Below are positions 39,991 to 51,731 of a stretch of 64,000 nucleotides of DNA, in pieces. Location: NCBI GenBank assembly GCA_013265495.1, contig MU058337.1, positions 3,502,686-3,566,685 of the forward strand. The letters run 5' to 3'. The DNA is from Vicugna vicugna (Eukaryota). A model generated the notes under the pieces. That model had not been told where the DNA came from, did not search any database, and saw nothing but the letters and a program-made list of their open reading frames with translations. The translations under genes and the position numbers were made by a program. The first letter of the stretch is position 1. Each line of letters starts with the position of its first letter.

Positions 39991-42089
39991 GTGCTTGGCT
40001 GCCCGAGTCCTTCCCCAGTGATACGACTACTGGACCAATGCTTTCAAAGACAGCAGTGGTTAGACAGACCGCACATTGCCCGTGCTCTGTTAGATGCAGT
40101 AATCATTACCAATGGCCTCTTTCCTTGCAACCACATCTGACTTTAGGTTCACTTAAATTCTGTGAAATCCAGTTTATTCTCCTTTCCCCTTGGACCCACA
40201 GTTCTTTCCAGCACACCATCTTGGCAGCACTCAGCTGGCGTATGAAGCTTTCTAAGAATCCTGGTTTATAGTGGTATTAAGACTACTTGCAGTACATCTT
40301 CCCCTGCATTAGAAGTATTTGTCCACTGCTGTGGCTGTTGATTTTGTTAACACATGTTTAATTTTGTGTGTAATCTCTTCTGTAGACATAAGGTAAAACA
40401 CCAGAATGGGCGATGGTAATTAAGTGAATTCTAACGTCTCTAGTCATAGTAAGGCATGGGGAACTAGCAGCCTGGGCCACTGTGCTAACTGCGTTTGTTA
40501 AAACACAGAAAAGTCACTGTAAGTAAATGCTTGCAAATGTTCTTCTATGTAACACAAGTAAGCTAACAGACGATATTTTTGCAATGACTTACTAAAGCAG
40601 TAGTTAGGGATCTACATGCATGACTGAAAATCTAATTTCTTAAACTCAAACTGCTAAAATGTATTTAGAGAATATGAACAGAGGCTTAAGTTTTGCTATT
40701 GCTACAAAAAAGAAATCGGGTACAATGGCCTCCAAATCAAGACCTCAAAGCTGTAACAGCTTCTAAGTGTCTAGCTAATTGCAAGAAAATCCTTTGGAGT
40801 ATTTTAATATCATTATATTTCCATCTTCATGATGCCAGAAATATTTATCATGCATAAATTCTTTAAGTTGAGAATGTGAAAAATTTTATTAGATGCAGCA
40901 TCATTTAAAGAATGGTAGACATACTCTTAAAGATAAATAATTTGTTAGTAAATCAAGTTGTTTGGATTTTATTTTGGGGGGTTTTGGGTTTGTTTTTGTT
41001 TTTTTTTTTTTTGTTAAGTAAGTATATGCTTAGTTTTTCTTTTTATACTTATTAAGGTGATGCTTTCTCTGCTAAAAACACAAAATTGCTTTGCAGCAAC
41101 TCTTCACAATCTTCCAAAATGTAGGATTTTTCCAGCCCTCTTCAAAAAAATCGAAGACTACTCTCGGGACCAGAGGGAAGAATTTAGTTTCATGCACAGA
41201 ATTCTACAAGATGATGCCAGCATACTAAAATTTCAGCCTAATCTGATCCTGGTACATTGTGGGTCTATTTACAGACAAGTACTAGCATAATTGAAAATTG
41301 CTTTCATGACCTTTGGTGTAGACTAATAAAGGTAGAAAAAGATTTTTTAAAACTGAAGATATGAAAAAAAGATTTTTAAACATCTAAATAAAAGTCTATA
41401 CATTTGCACATTTTTCTTAGGATTCCAATTCCTTGTTTCCTTTTCTTTATTTTTTGGCTACTCAAACCATTAGAGTACATTAGAGTTAGACTATCTTGGT
41501 ATTTTTATTAATAACAACATAAAAAGCATAATCAAGTCAATAAGACTAAAACAGATTTGAATATTCTTTCAAAATTTTCAGAAACAAAAACCTCATTCAG
41601 GAGATTAATCCCAACAGTTCAAGTTTTTAAATTTTTTTTAGTTTTTTTAGTTGTTGAGGATTTATATTTTCTTAAAACTCAAAAAGCAGTTTCTCCCTTC
41701 ATTTTCCTGAAATGCATGTTTACTTAGTTCTCAATAAATGTAAAATCAATTTAATCATGCTTTTATAAACTTTCAATTACATAAACATTTAAAAAATGTT
41801 GTTAGGAAAATGTGTAATATTGTAAGAAATGCATTATTACTGCTACACTTAGAACTGATATCCTCAATGGCTCCATGTAAAATACTCTGAAATATATTTG
41901 TGAGAATTTACATCACCTAAGCCATGAAAAAAGCAGTCATTTTCCAAAATGGGTATTCAAAGATGTTTGACTTCTTTGGTGTCCAAGTCCTTCATTAATT
42001 ATTAAGTGAATTCAATACTATCTGTTTCAAACTGAAATAGAGATAATATTCTAAATAGAAGGTTTTGTGTCACAATGAATGTGGGCTTT

Positions 42090-42260
42090 TTAGTTAGACA
42101 ATCTGGGTTCCTGATCCATCTCTGTCATTTTAGCTCTCTGAATTGGGAAAATTAAAACATTTTAAGCATCAGTTTCCTTAATTTTAAAATTCAGTGTAGA
42201 ACTATCCACATCTCAGGGTCTTTGCATAAATGATGTGAAATATACTATATAAAACATATG
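42090..42260 (+). mobile_element. MIR
   Basis: agttagacaatctgggttc...catcagtttccttaattttaaaat...catctcagggt. Confidence 0.65.
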
Positions 42261-44244
42261 ACATTTTCAAAAAGCTCAGTACATCAAATTTATTACCAAG
42301 AGTCATTATTGTTTTTTTTTAATATGAAACAACGGACATTGATGGTGCCTTATTCTGTTATTTTCACATATGAAATAGGATCTCAATACATTTCTGGGTG
42401 GATATAAATTTAATTATTATAAAACTTCGAAGTGTCAGCATCAAAGCAAGATGTGATTACCTCTGCTAAGCTGTATGCTTGCTTCTCTTTCCTGCACTCG
42501 ATTTTTCACAAGAAAATAATCCCATCACTGAGATTTAAGGTATAAAATGTCTAAGAAAATGACTGAATAGGTAGCTCTGTGCCCACACATTTGATTGACA
42601 CCCAGAAGTCTTACCATTAAATTAGGTGAGGTCAAGTTCTCCACAAACCCTCACAATAAAGTGATGTAAGGTCAGAGGCAGTAGAGGTAGAAAAATTTTT
42701 ATATTTATAGCAATTAAAATAACCACTACTACTGCAAAAAACAAAAAAAAAATAGTGATCTAAAATATACCAGAATCACAAAGAATGGTTTTCTGATTAT
42801 ACAAAAATCCATTAGAATGCAAGTGACAAGAGCATACCTTGAAATCATTTAGAATCTGCTATAGGGTTATCTGGGTTTTGCAAATCAAAAGAATAGACAC
42901 TTTTCTCTCGTATAAAAATGAAGTAACTGTTCCTACTCTTTAAAATTCTTAGAATCGCGTTCCTTCCACAATCAGGTGCCCTTTAAATATATAACATTCT
43001 CGTATCAAATAAAATGGCAGTCGCCACTTCCTGAGATAGAAACGGTCTAGATCTCAAAATTAATAAAACTTGCACTGTACTCTTGCTACAGACTAGCAAA
43101 TATTTTAACAAGTGGAGATAAAGTTCAGGCCCATGCCTACAACATGTTAGCAGCACCTCATGGAAATGTGGAGAAAGGGGGTTATGCAGAGTTCAAATGC
43201 ACACTCGCCCTGTCCCCCAACCAGATTAAAGCAAGGGGAAAAGAGAAGGTCTTTTATATTTTGAAAAAAAAAAAAATTCAGTACACATGAAATAGGAACT
43301 AAAAATATTATGTGTGTAACAATTATTTGAAAGATTGAGTATAACATTTCAGGGACTATGAAGGCTGTAATAAATTCAGTCAAATTGGTTCAAACATAAT
43401 TATGTCAATTACAGTTCACAGAAGCCTGTGCTCCAGCGCCTGGTCAGTGGCCGTATTGTCTGTAATATGCCAGTCTGTGCTTTCTCTCTATTACACAAAT
43501 GGAAATTCTCTTCAGACTCTCATAAAGCAAATTCACATAGAGGATGCCTTCCTTAAACTATAACCTTATGGGCCTACAGAACCTTAAAACAAGACTGTTT
43601 AGTAAGTAATATGTTTTGATTTTGCATTATATCTGCTGATCTTAGAAAATAATAATTGTGATTCAGCACAATATTCTGTTTTTGCCTCATTCCCATGAAC
43701 TGAGCCACCAGGCACAGATGTCATTAAATCACCAAAAAGCAAGTCACAGAACAAACAGCATACAATTGTACGTGAAACTGTTTCCTTTAGCATTAATTTT
43801 AACGTTTTTGGTCTCAAAGCGAAGTAAATTAATACTTATGGCAAATGGAAAGGTTTTTTTTTTGTTTTTTTGTTTTTTTTGCTACTACGAATATTTTAGG
43901 CTTTTGCAATGCCCTTGTTTTTTGAGAATTTTAAGCAACTTATCTGACTATGTAAATATTCCAGGAAAAACTAAGGAAGGAATAATGCACTCGCTACAAC
44001 GTGAGAAGATAAAGCTGTATCGTAAAGTCACCAGAGACATAACTTGCCAAAGTTTTGTTTCTCTTCTTATATTAAGTGTTATAGTAAGTGGATTTTATAG
44101 GGAAAGATGGGAGAAAGAATGAAAGACAATCAGCCATAAAAATATTTCAGAAAATGGATTTTAAACTTGAAGTAGCCAGTTAGGTTCAATCTACACACAT
44201 CTATCCCATGGCCAGTGTTGTACTGAGTAAATGGAGAAAAAAAA

Positions 44245-44262
44245 ATATATATATATATATAT
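44245..44262. repeat. (AT)n microsatellite after an A-run
   Basis: Seen directly. Confidence 0.85.
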
Positions 44263-45299
44263 TTCTCATGTGCATGATTTTTAGTGTGTAACCTTGAACA
44301 AAAAATATTAATATTTATCCCAGAGTCTTAAATGCAACGGGGCACATACAAGTACTAATCAAAATGGCCATACGTAGGAGGATAGTCTATCAAGATTAGT
44401 TTCTTTTCACTTTCCATAGGAAAAAAAAAGAATGTTGGTTTAATCTATTGTCTTCCAGGGAGCCAGAAAATGGGAGCTACCAGTTTTATCTATGTTTTTC
44501 TGAACAGTCAGAAAATGGAAGCTACAGACTAATTAAAATCTCAATACTTCACATAGTCTCCACTGTTCTTCATTAGAAGTGTTCCATCTCATGTTCAGCA
44601 AATGCAGGTTTGCTTTGCACTGTAAGGTTTTGGACTCTAAGCCATTTTCGGGTTATGAGGGTAGGGTACTCTGTCATTTTTGGATGAGGCTGTTGCTGGA
44701 TCTCCTGGTAGGGAAGGCGTCTAATGTTGGGCAGCACATCCTGAGAAAGGTCGGGCCACGGTCAGGAGCACATTCAGCCCCGATCACTGTAAACTTCAGT
44801 TCTTCCCTGTGGCCGGTGCATCTTAATCTGCACCAGAGGCAGTGACAAACGCTGCTGGGGAGAACTGTTTGGGAGAACTTTGAGAATTGCTTGAGTAAGC
44901 TACAGTGTGTTCCTTTTCTCTGCTATCACTTATTTGTGTTCACAAAAAAACAAAAAAACAGAAAACCAAACTGAGCATGATCTTAAGCTCATTGCCCTCA
45001 ATTCCACCACAGTTCAGGTCTTCACAGTCTTACTCTCGTGTTGCTTTTGGAATTGGAAACAAAAGAAAGGAAGCACTTTCAGTTCACTTAAAAAGCACAG
45101 ACCCTAGATTCAATCTACACTGCCTTTGTACTTTTAGAAACAAACGTAAATTTATTAGGGAAAATGGCAGCAAAGAAATTGATTTCCCCATTAGCATGCG
45201 ATGGCCTAGCTAAACTCCACAGTATCAATTAATTCCCGTGTTCTCCCAAGTCAGCTGCCTCCAAAGATTTGGGTGAAAGTAAATATGTTTCCAGCAAAA

Positions 45300-45780
45300 C
45301 TGCCAAACCAGATAGTGATTTAAAACTCTACGCACAGACGCATAACATCCCATCATTTACAAAGCCCAGACTTCGGGAGTGGAAGGCTCGGGGCAGCATG
45401 CTGACAGCTTGGCCGGGGCCGCGCCTGTGCGCCCTGACCCCCTGAACCGAAGCTGCCGGCCGGCCCCTCGCAGGCCTTCAGCCGAGCTCCAGCCTAAGCT
45501 GACACGTGAGTGTTAGCCGCAGTGACAGGCTGCTCTCATTCGGCTGTCATCTGGCCCATTTTCTATACAAACCATCAACATAATTCACTCTAAAGGGCTC
45601 TCTGAGAGGACCTAATGCTTCTCCTTTCTTCCCTGGTACATTGCCGAATTTAGGACAGCTTATTTTAATTTGATGACCTGCACCATGATCTAATAAGGGA
45701 CAGCTGTGGCTGCGAAACCCCCAAGCTCTTTATTGTCAATTAGAATGAATCCCAAATAAACTCCCTTCATTCTAAACTTG
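45300..45780. promoter_or_regulatory. CpG-rich candidate enhancer
   Basis: About 16 CpGs in 45331-45543; three TGACAG/CTGTCA sites; E-boxes CACGTG, CATCTG and CAGCTG; no recognisable repeat. Confidence 0.5.
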
Positions 45781-46199
45781 ACCCATTCTTGAATGGTAGA
45801 CAAAAATGACACTTAGGAAAGGAAACGTGGGGAAGTGGAAGAAAGAGCCAATGGGATGTAAAAACTGTGAGAGAGGACTCTTCAAACAAAATTAAAAGGA
45901 CGAGCAGTGATAATGACATTGTGATGTCACATTGTTGTGACTGAAACGTTGGTATTGTGGGGGAGATCCACGGAAGGACACAGAGGAATATCAAGAAGTC
46001 AAATAAAATGCACCATGTTATTAGAGTTAAATTAAAAATAAATGTATTGTAATTGAACAGAAAAGGCTTCATTCAAATATATAACTTCAAAGGGCCTAGA
46101 GCAGTGAATAACAAACTTTTTTCCTGTCTGATATTCATAATAGTTAAACATTTTCCAGCCAGACCTAGGACAGCAGTACACCAATCCATGTATATATAC

Positions 46200-46362
46200 T
46201 TTAAGTCTGTTGAAGTAATGTTTACTTTTCCATTTGTGATGCACTCTTAGTCCGTATTCTGTTCTGTACTTTCTCATATTCAAAGACATGCTAATCACAA
46301 CTCACCAAATTGATTTCATCACCCCCTCAGTGGTCAGGACTTAACAGTCTGAAAAACAGTAT
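46200..46362. mobile_element. hAT-Charlie fragment (MER119/Charlie4-like end)
   Basis: aaattgatttcatcaccccctcagtggtcaggacttaacagtctgaaaaacagt resembles a Charlie terminus. Confidence 0.55.
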
Positions 46363-48174
46363 CTCAGAACCAAGAAACAAAACACAAAGAGGAAACGTCT
46401 AAAGACAATGTTAAGCGTTTTGAAATACTGCTAATCAGAGGGGATTTAACAGCCCAAAGAAAAGGGCCTAATGCATTGTAGGCCCATGCTAAAGTAATTT
46501 ATTGCAACAATGTTTACTGCCTTCTTGACTGTGGAGGGCATGATGGAAAACATCAAGAAGTAAACATCAGAGAGCGTGACTGTTATCCTTAAGTGTAGCT
46601 CTGCATTATTTTCTAAGCACTTCCCACTTAAGGATGTGAAACATGAAAGGATGATTTCTTAGTGTCCTTGGCAACCCTCATACAAATAAATGCTAAGAGT
46701 GGTAACTGATGCCACGTAAAATCAAGATGCAAGGGAACGCAGGACTTGAGTAGATACAGCCAGATGATTCTCCCTGCTTGGAGCAAGGACACGACTGTTA
46801 AAGGGACTCAGATTGCTAGAGTTGTACTGAGACGGCATGAGAGTTTTGAAAGTGTGAGGGGAAAATGGACAAGCAGAACTGTTTACAGGGGTCAGCTCTC
46901 CCTCCTGGAGGACCGAGTCTGTCGAGGGGTGTTGTCAGCTTGTGCCACTTGCTGCGTGCCTTTGTCTGTCTCTCAGGAAGACCTAGAAATGAGCAGAAGT
47001 CGGACTGGCTGTAGTGAGGGGCCTTCTGCATCCAGGTAGGACACAGCACTGATGTTCGCCCTCTGGGCTTCCTGCAGAGACACCCGTTCTCCCCAGCCTG
47101 GTGGGGCTGCGGACCCAGAATCCATGTGTAGCTTCCAGTGTCCTTGTTCAGAGGCTGGGTCTTAAACGCTCTACTGCCCGTCTTTCTTGCCGTGCATGCG
47201 AGTTACTACATCAGTTCTTCTGCTTTCCTTCACATTTAAAAAGAAATGAAGACTGTCAAGAAATAAGAAAATGGATCATATCTCAGCAGTGAATGAAGTC
47301 TAAATATGGTTTTTAAAAATTCGAATTCTAGTCGTAATCAGTTTTCTCCAAATTATAAACCCTGTCAAGATGTCTTCAGTGTCTCAATCATACACCAAAA
47401 TGGAAGTGTCTTTGGAGAAGACAATCTGTTTTATGTCTTCCTATGTTGCAAATGGAACTCGTACTTCATAAGCAAAGCTGGAGGTGAGATGCTGACACCT
47501 GTGTCCTAACGTGTCTTTTTCATGTCATCCAAAGGCAACAGAAAAAAAGAAGAGGAGATGGAAGAAGCCGGGTTCTCAACTGACATTCTGATGGCAGGGA
47601 CGTCTGTATCAGCAGAAGGATCATACAGCCCTGCAGCTGGAAGTGGAGCTGGCAGGAGCTGGCGTTCACAGGAGGGCAATGGCGAGATCAGCTCGCGACC
47701 GTGGCTACACATGAGCCGTGGAGACGTCCACAGCCACGCCGAGACTCCAAGAGTCGACTCATCTCTGACTTCACCTCACAGAGTGGGGAAAGGGTGGCGA
47801 TGACTTAGTAAGACGTCACCTGACATTGCTGTCCTCTCTGACTGCTTATATTCCTCATTTATACTTTTTACAATCGGCTGCGTATCTTGGGGCCTCGATC
47901 TAAGTGATGAGAACGTCAGTCCTTCCCACCTCCTCGCGTCTGGACCCAAGTAAACTCCGGGGATTAGGAAGCACCTCGGACCACTAGTCTCTATTTTTTT
48001 AACTTGACATCTGGGATGGACATAGAAACATCAATGCAATGCTTTAATCTGTGAAAGAGGGCAATGTGTCCAGTTAGATATTTCATTATTTTTGATCATT
48101 AATAAATGGAAGAAGCCCAAAACTTTGTTGCTCATTCTTATTTGGGAATGTTCAGAAATGAAGACTAAGAACAC

Positions 48175-48208
48175 AAACACACACACACACACACGCGCAC
48201 ACACACAC
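48175..48208. repeat. Interrupted (CA)n microsatellite
   Basis: acacacacacacacacgcgcacacacacac seen directly. Confidence 0.9.
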
Positions 48209-48879
48209 GTTAAAATAAGAAGCCAGAACCTGTTTTCAAGCTGTGACTGACCCTCTTCATTTGTTTTATTTTCTTCTGTTTTGAAAAAAAAAATCTAAGA
48301 TAAAAATAATCATAACTTTAGGTGCCAGAAAAAAGCCTTTTATAGCAAAGCCTAGACTCACCCTATTGAAGAACTGGTGAATGGCTAAGCATTGCATCGT
48401 CTCTTCTTAACAGACTCTTACCCAGCCATGAACTACAATGAACCATTGTGTTTAGAACCATTTAAATATTTAAGAAAGGAAGATACTTATGATATAAAGT
48501 TAAGTGGAAGCTAAATCTAAAAATAATATGGTCTCATACTGTAAAACAACGCATAAAAGGATAAAAATACATCAAATTGTCTAACTGAACCCCCTGTGTG
48601 GTAATATAATCGGTGATTTGACTTGCTTAATAATATTGAAAGTGTTTTATTTCAAAGTGGATCGCCATCTGTACACCTGATGATTCATATGTAAGATGAT
48701 TTCGTAATCAAAGTAATACACATCTGAATGTTGGAGATGTTCATACCTTTGTACAGAAGCATGCATACCACTATATTTTTCCACAGAATAGAGGGCTAAT
48801 GAACATAGATCTAAAATACGATGCGACCTCAGACAAATGTTACTTTAAAAAGTGCTATGATACCATCTAATGGGTAGAA

Positions 48880-49300
48880 TATTGAGGCTGATGATTCAAA
48901 GTGCAGACGGAGATACCAAGATACAGAAATTCAAACGTTGCTAGTTAAAGTACAGTTTGCTAAAATCATCTTGGAGAGAAATTTGATAATATTTGGAAGA
49001 AGCTGAAGACTCAACAATTCTACTTTTAGGAATATATTCTAGCAAAGTGATTCCACATATGCAGAATGAAAACCTGGAAATTCCAAATTGTATCTCACTA
49101 AGGGAGCAAAGGAATAGTGTACCATAAATTCATACAAAGAAAAGCAGTTAAAATGAGTGAATCTGAACTTCGTATCAAAATGAATGAATTTTGAAAACAC
49201 TATTGATTGTAAAAGCAAGTTTTAAGAGGATAGTTATATCATGATAGCATTGACATTAAACTTCTAAAATAAGACCCATTTTTATAGATACTGACATCCA
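48880..49300 (+). mobile_element. Ancient L1ME 3' fragment
   Basis: gactcaacaattctacttttaggaatatattctag; gcagttaaaatgagtgaa; aaaagcaagtttt. Confidence 0.6.
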
Positions 49301-50736
49301 ATAATGGGCAAAGATAAAAGTCAACTTAAAAATGGAGGCTACACCTCACCTGATAAATGATTCTCTCTGCTTCTCTAGATGTTTGACATAGTTTGTAATA
49401 AAAACATATTCATACTATAAAACTTTAAATGTTCACAGTTAAAACAAACTCTGTATTAATTTTGAAGTATCAGGTTACCTTTCTTTAATGTTTGCAAGGA
49501 CAGTTTTATCCCGTATCTGGCAAGAGCTTTATATAGGTTAGATCACAAAGGAGAAAACCCTGTTTACAGTAAGCGGAAAAAAATGAGACACTGTTTCTAT
49601 TTATACTATAAATTTAACCAGAATCTTTCCTCCTGTTCCCTTTTGCTTTCCGAATGAGAAACAAAACTGTGCAGATGCACCAGTCACAGGCCTTGCAGCC
49701 CTGCCAGAGGAGCATCTTAACATCTAGCTTGGCTTCGGCGCTCCGACGTGCCTTTTATAAAGGACGTCCTTTACCACGACGCTCCCCGCCTGGTCCATGA
49801 CCTTTCAACAACTAGACTAGAGGCAACCAGAGACAACAACTCTGCTTCTCAGACAGTGAGTCAGCACAGTGTGATGATGATGATGAAGGAAAATAAAATC
49901 ATTTGTCAATCACAGAATAGTTTCCTAAATCACCCAGGATTTTACAACAAAATACTAACTGCAGGCAGTTCAGTAAATGCATTATTATGAGTGCGGGCAT
50001 AATTCAATCTCTCTTTTGACTTAAGAATTTTATTTTAAAGGCAGAGTACATTTAAAAACTGCTTTTGACAGGGGCCTTTCCCGAAATAGTAAGTGATAAA
50101 GATCTGAAAGGTAATCATTTTCCAAGTTCTCTATACAGCTTCTGAAAGAAAATGCTCTCACTTCATTTTTTGGTACATAAACATTATCAGGACATTTGCT
50201 TATGTTTATATCAACTGGGAATTTTGCTTGTTTCAGGTTGACATTATCCCCCAAATTACATGCAGAATAGAAAAAAAAAGTTTTATAGAAAAGAGACTCG
50301 ACGCTTGAGAAGTTGAACTCTTTGTGTAAGGATCCAAGTGAGCCAATTTGGAATCAGGGTCCAAAGTGGTTGTGCAGGATGTCACTGTCCTAACTTATAT
50401 TCTCCTAAGAGTAGCTGGTGCCAGGAGACCAGGGCCTGGCACAGCCGTGCTCATCTGCCTGGTCTGTACTTCTCATCACAGAGAGTCCAGAATCAACTGA
50501 CAAACTCTTGGTTGATCACAGTTGGGTGGACTACCTCTCTCTAACGTCCATGTGGACCTATAAGTAGTTAAAAGACCATTTAGCAGTGACCTGACCAGCC
50601 ATGATAACTCTATGAGACTGCCTTTCTTCCCCTACTTTTGTTCTAATAACACAATTTACAGCACATATCCCAACATTGCTCTGGAATCATTCTTTGACAG
50701 TTTGATAAATGCAGATATTACATTTTATCTAATTAA

Positions 50737-50760
50737 ATATATATATATATATATATATAT
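50737..50760. repeat. (AT)n microsatellite
   Basis: Seen directly. Confidence 0.9.
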
Positions 50761-51399
50761 AATTATATATCTGCATTTATATTATCTATCTTTCTACATA
50801 TGATGTCAAACACATTTATGTATTAACCAGGCCCAACAGATAATGGAAATGCGTATCTCTTCTAAAACCTGACATCTAAAGCCATTTTATTAGTTTTGGT
50901 AACAGCTGCATTTTCTAAGCAATCGTATGTAAGAATATAAATTGATATGCTTTATTCTTATCTTTTCTGTACCAATCTACACTCCTAGTTTTGCTTTACA
51001 AGTCCAAGGCCACCATTATTTTTCCAAAGGCATATGAACACTATATAAATAGCCACTGCTATTGGGAAAGAGGGGCTACAAAGCAGAGTTGTGAATAAAG
51101 TTATTATCCTTGGAAGATTAACTTTGAAACCAAAGATTTTAGCTCACATTGGTATCTTTTTGTCATGGCATGTTCTAAGGGGCTTATAGTTTGAAACGAT
51201 TAGTGTTTTGTATACTGAGATAGTTTGCTATAAGTTGTTAATGTAGCCTTGCTTTTAAAAATCATATGCAAATGGTGACAGATACCAAAAAGTCCCTTCC
51301 ACAGTATCTGTTCTCAAGTGCCTTCTTCCAGACTTTTCACTACCTAAAAACTAGAATTTAAATATCATTTCCAGCCACCCTCTAGGGAAGGGTTGGCCG

Positions 51400-51731
51400 C
51401 TTGATTAAATGCTACCCCAGAATTTGAAAACGGAAGCTTGCTAAGAGGAACATCCTTTTGCAGGTAGAAGGTCCAGTTGAGGGAAAGACGTCAGGCCCTC
51501 CCACAGTCCCTCCGTCAGGTCTTCGGGGATGAGCCCTGGAGATCTGGCAGGAAGCGTGAGGACTTGAGCAGGAAGACAGCAAAGAGTCTGGCTCTGAGAT
51601 GGCATTCTTTACTAGCTGGTCTGCCTCCCCCAGGGCTTCGGTTAGAAGAGAGAAAATAATCTCATCTATTTAAACCTATTGCTCTGCAGGGTTTCTGTGG
51701 CTGGTAGTAGAATACAGTCCTAGCTGATACA
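51400..51731 (+). mobile_element. MLT1J/K-like MaLR LTR
   Basis: Ends gagagaaaataatctcatctatttaaacc...gggtttctgt...tcctagctgataca, the MLT1 3' terminus; left boundary uncertain. Confidence 0.65.

Noticed and set aside
43658..44122. Longest ORF (154 aa) as a CDS
   Set aside because: Non-ATG start, runs through T-tracts, no recognisable domain or convincing exon structure
49758..49773. 16-bp palindrome taaaggacgtccttta as a stand-alone feature
   Set aside because: About one 8-bp-arm palindrome is expected per 64 kb; noted only because it overlaps the TATA box
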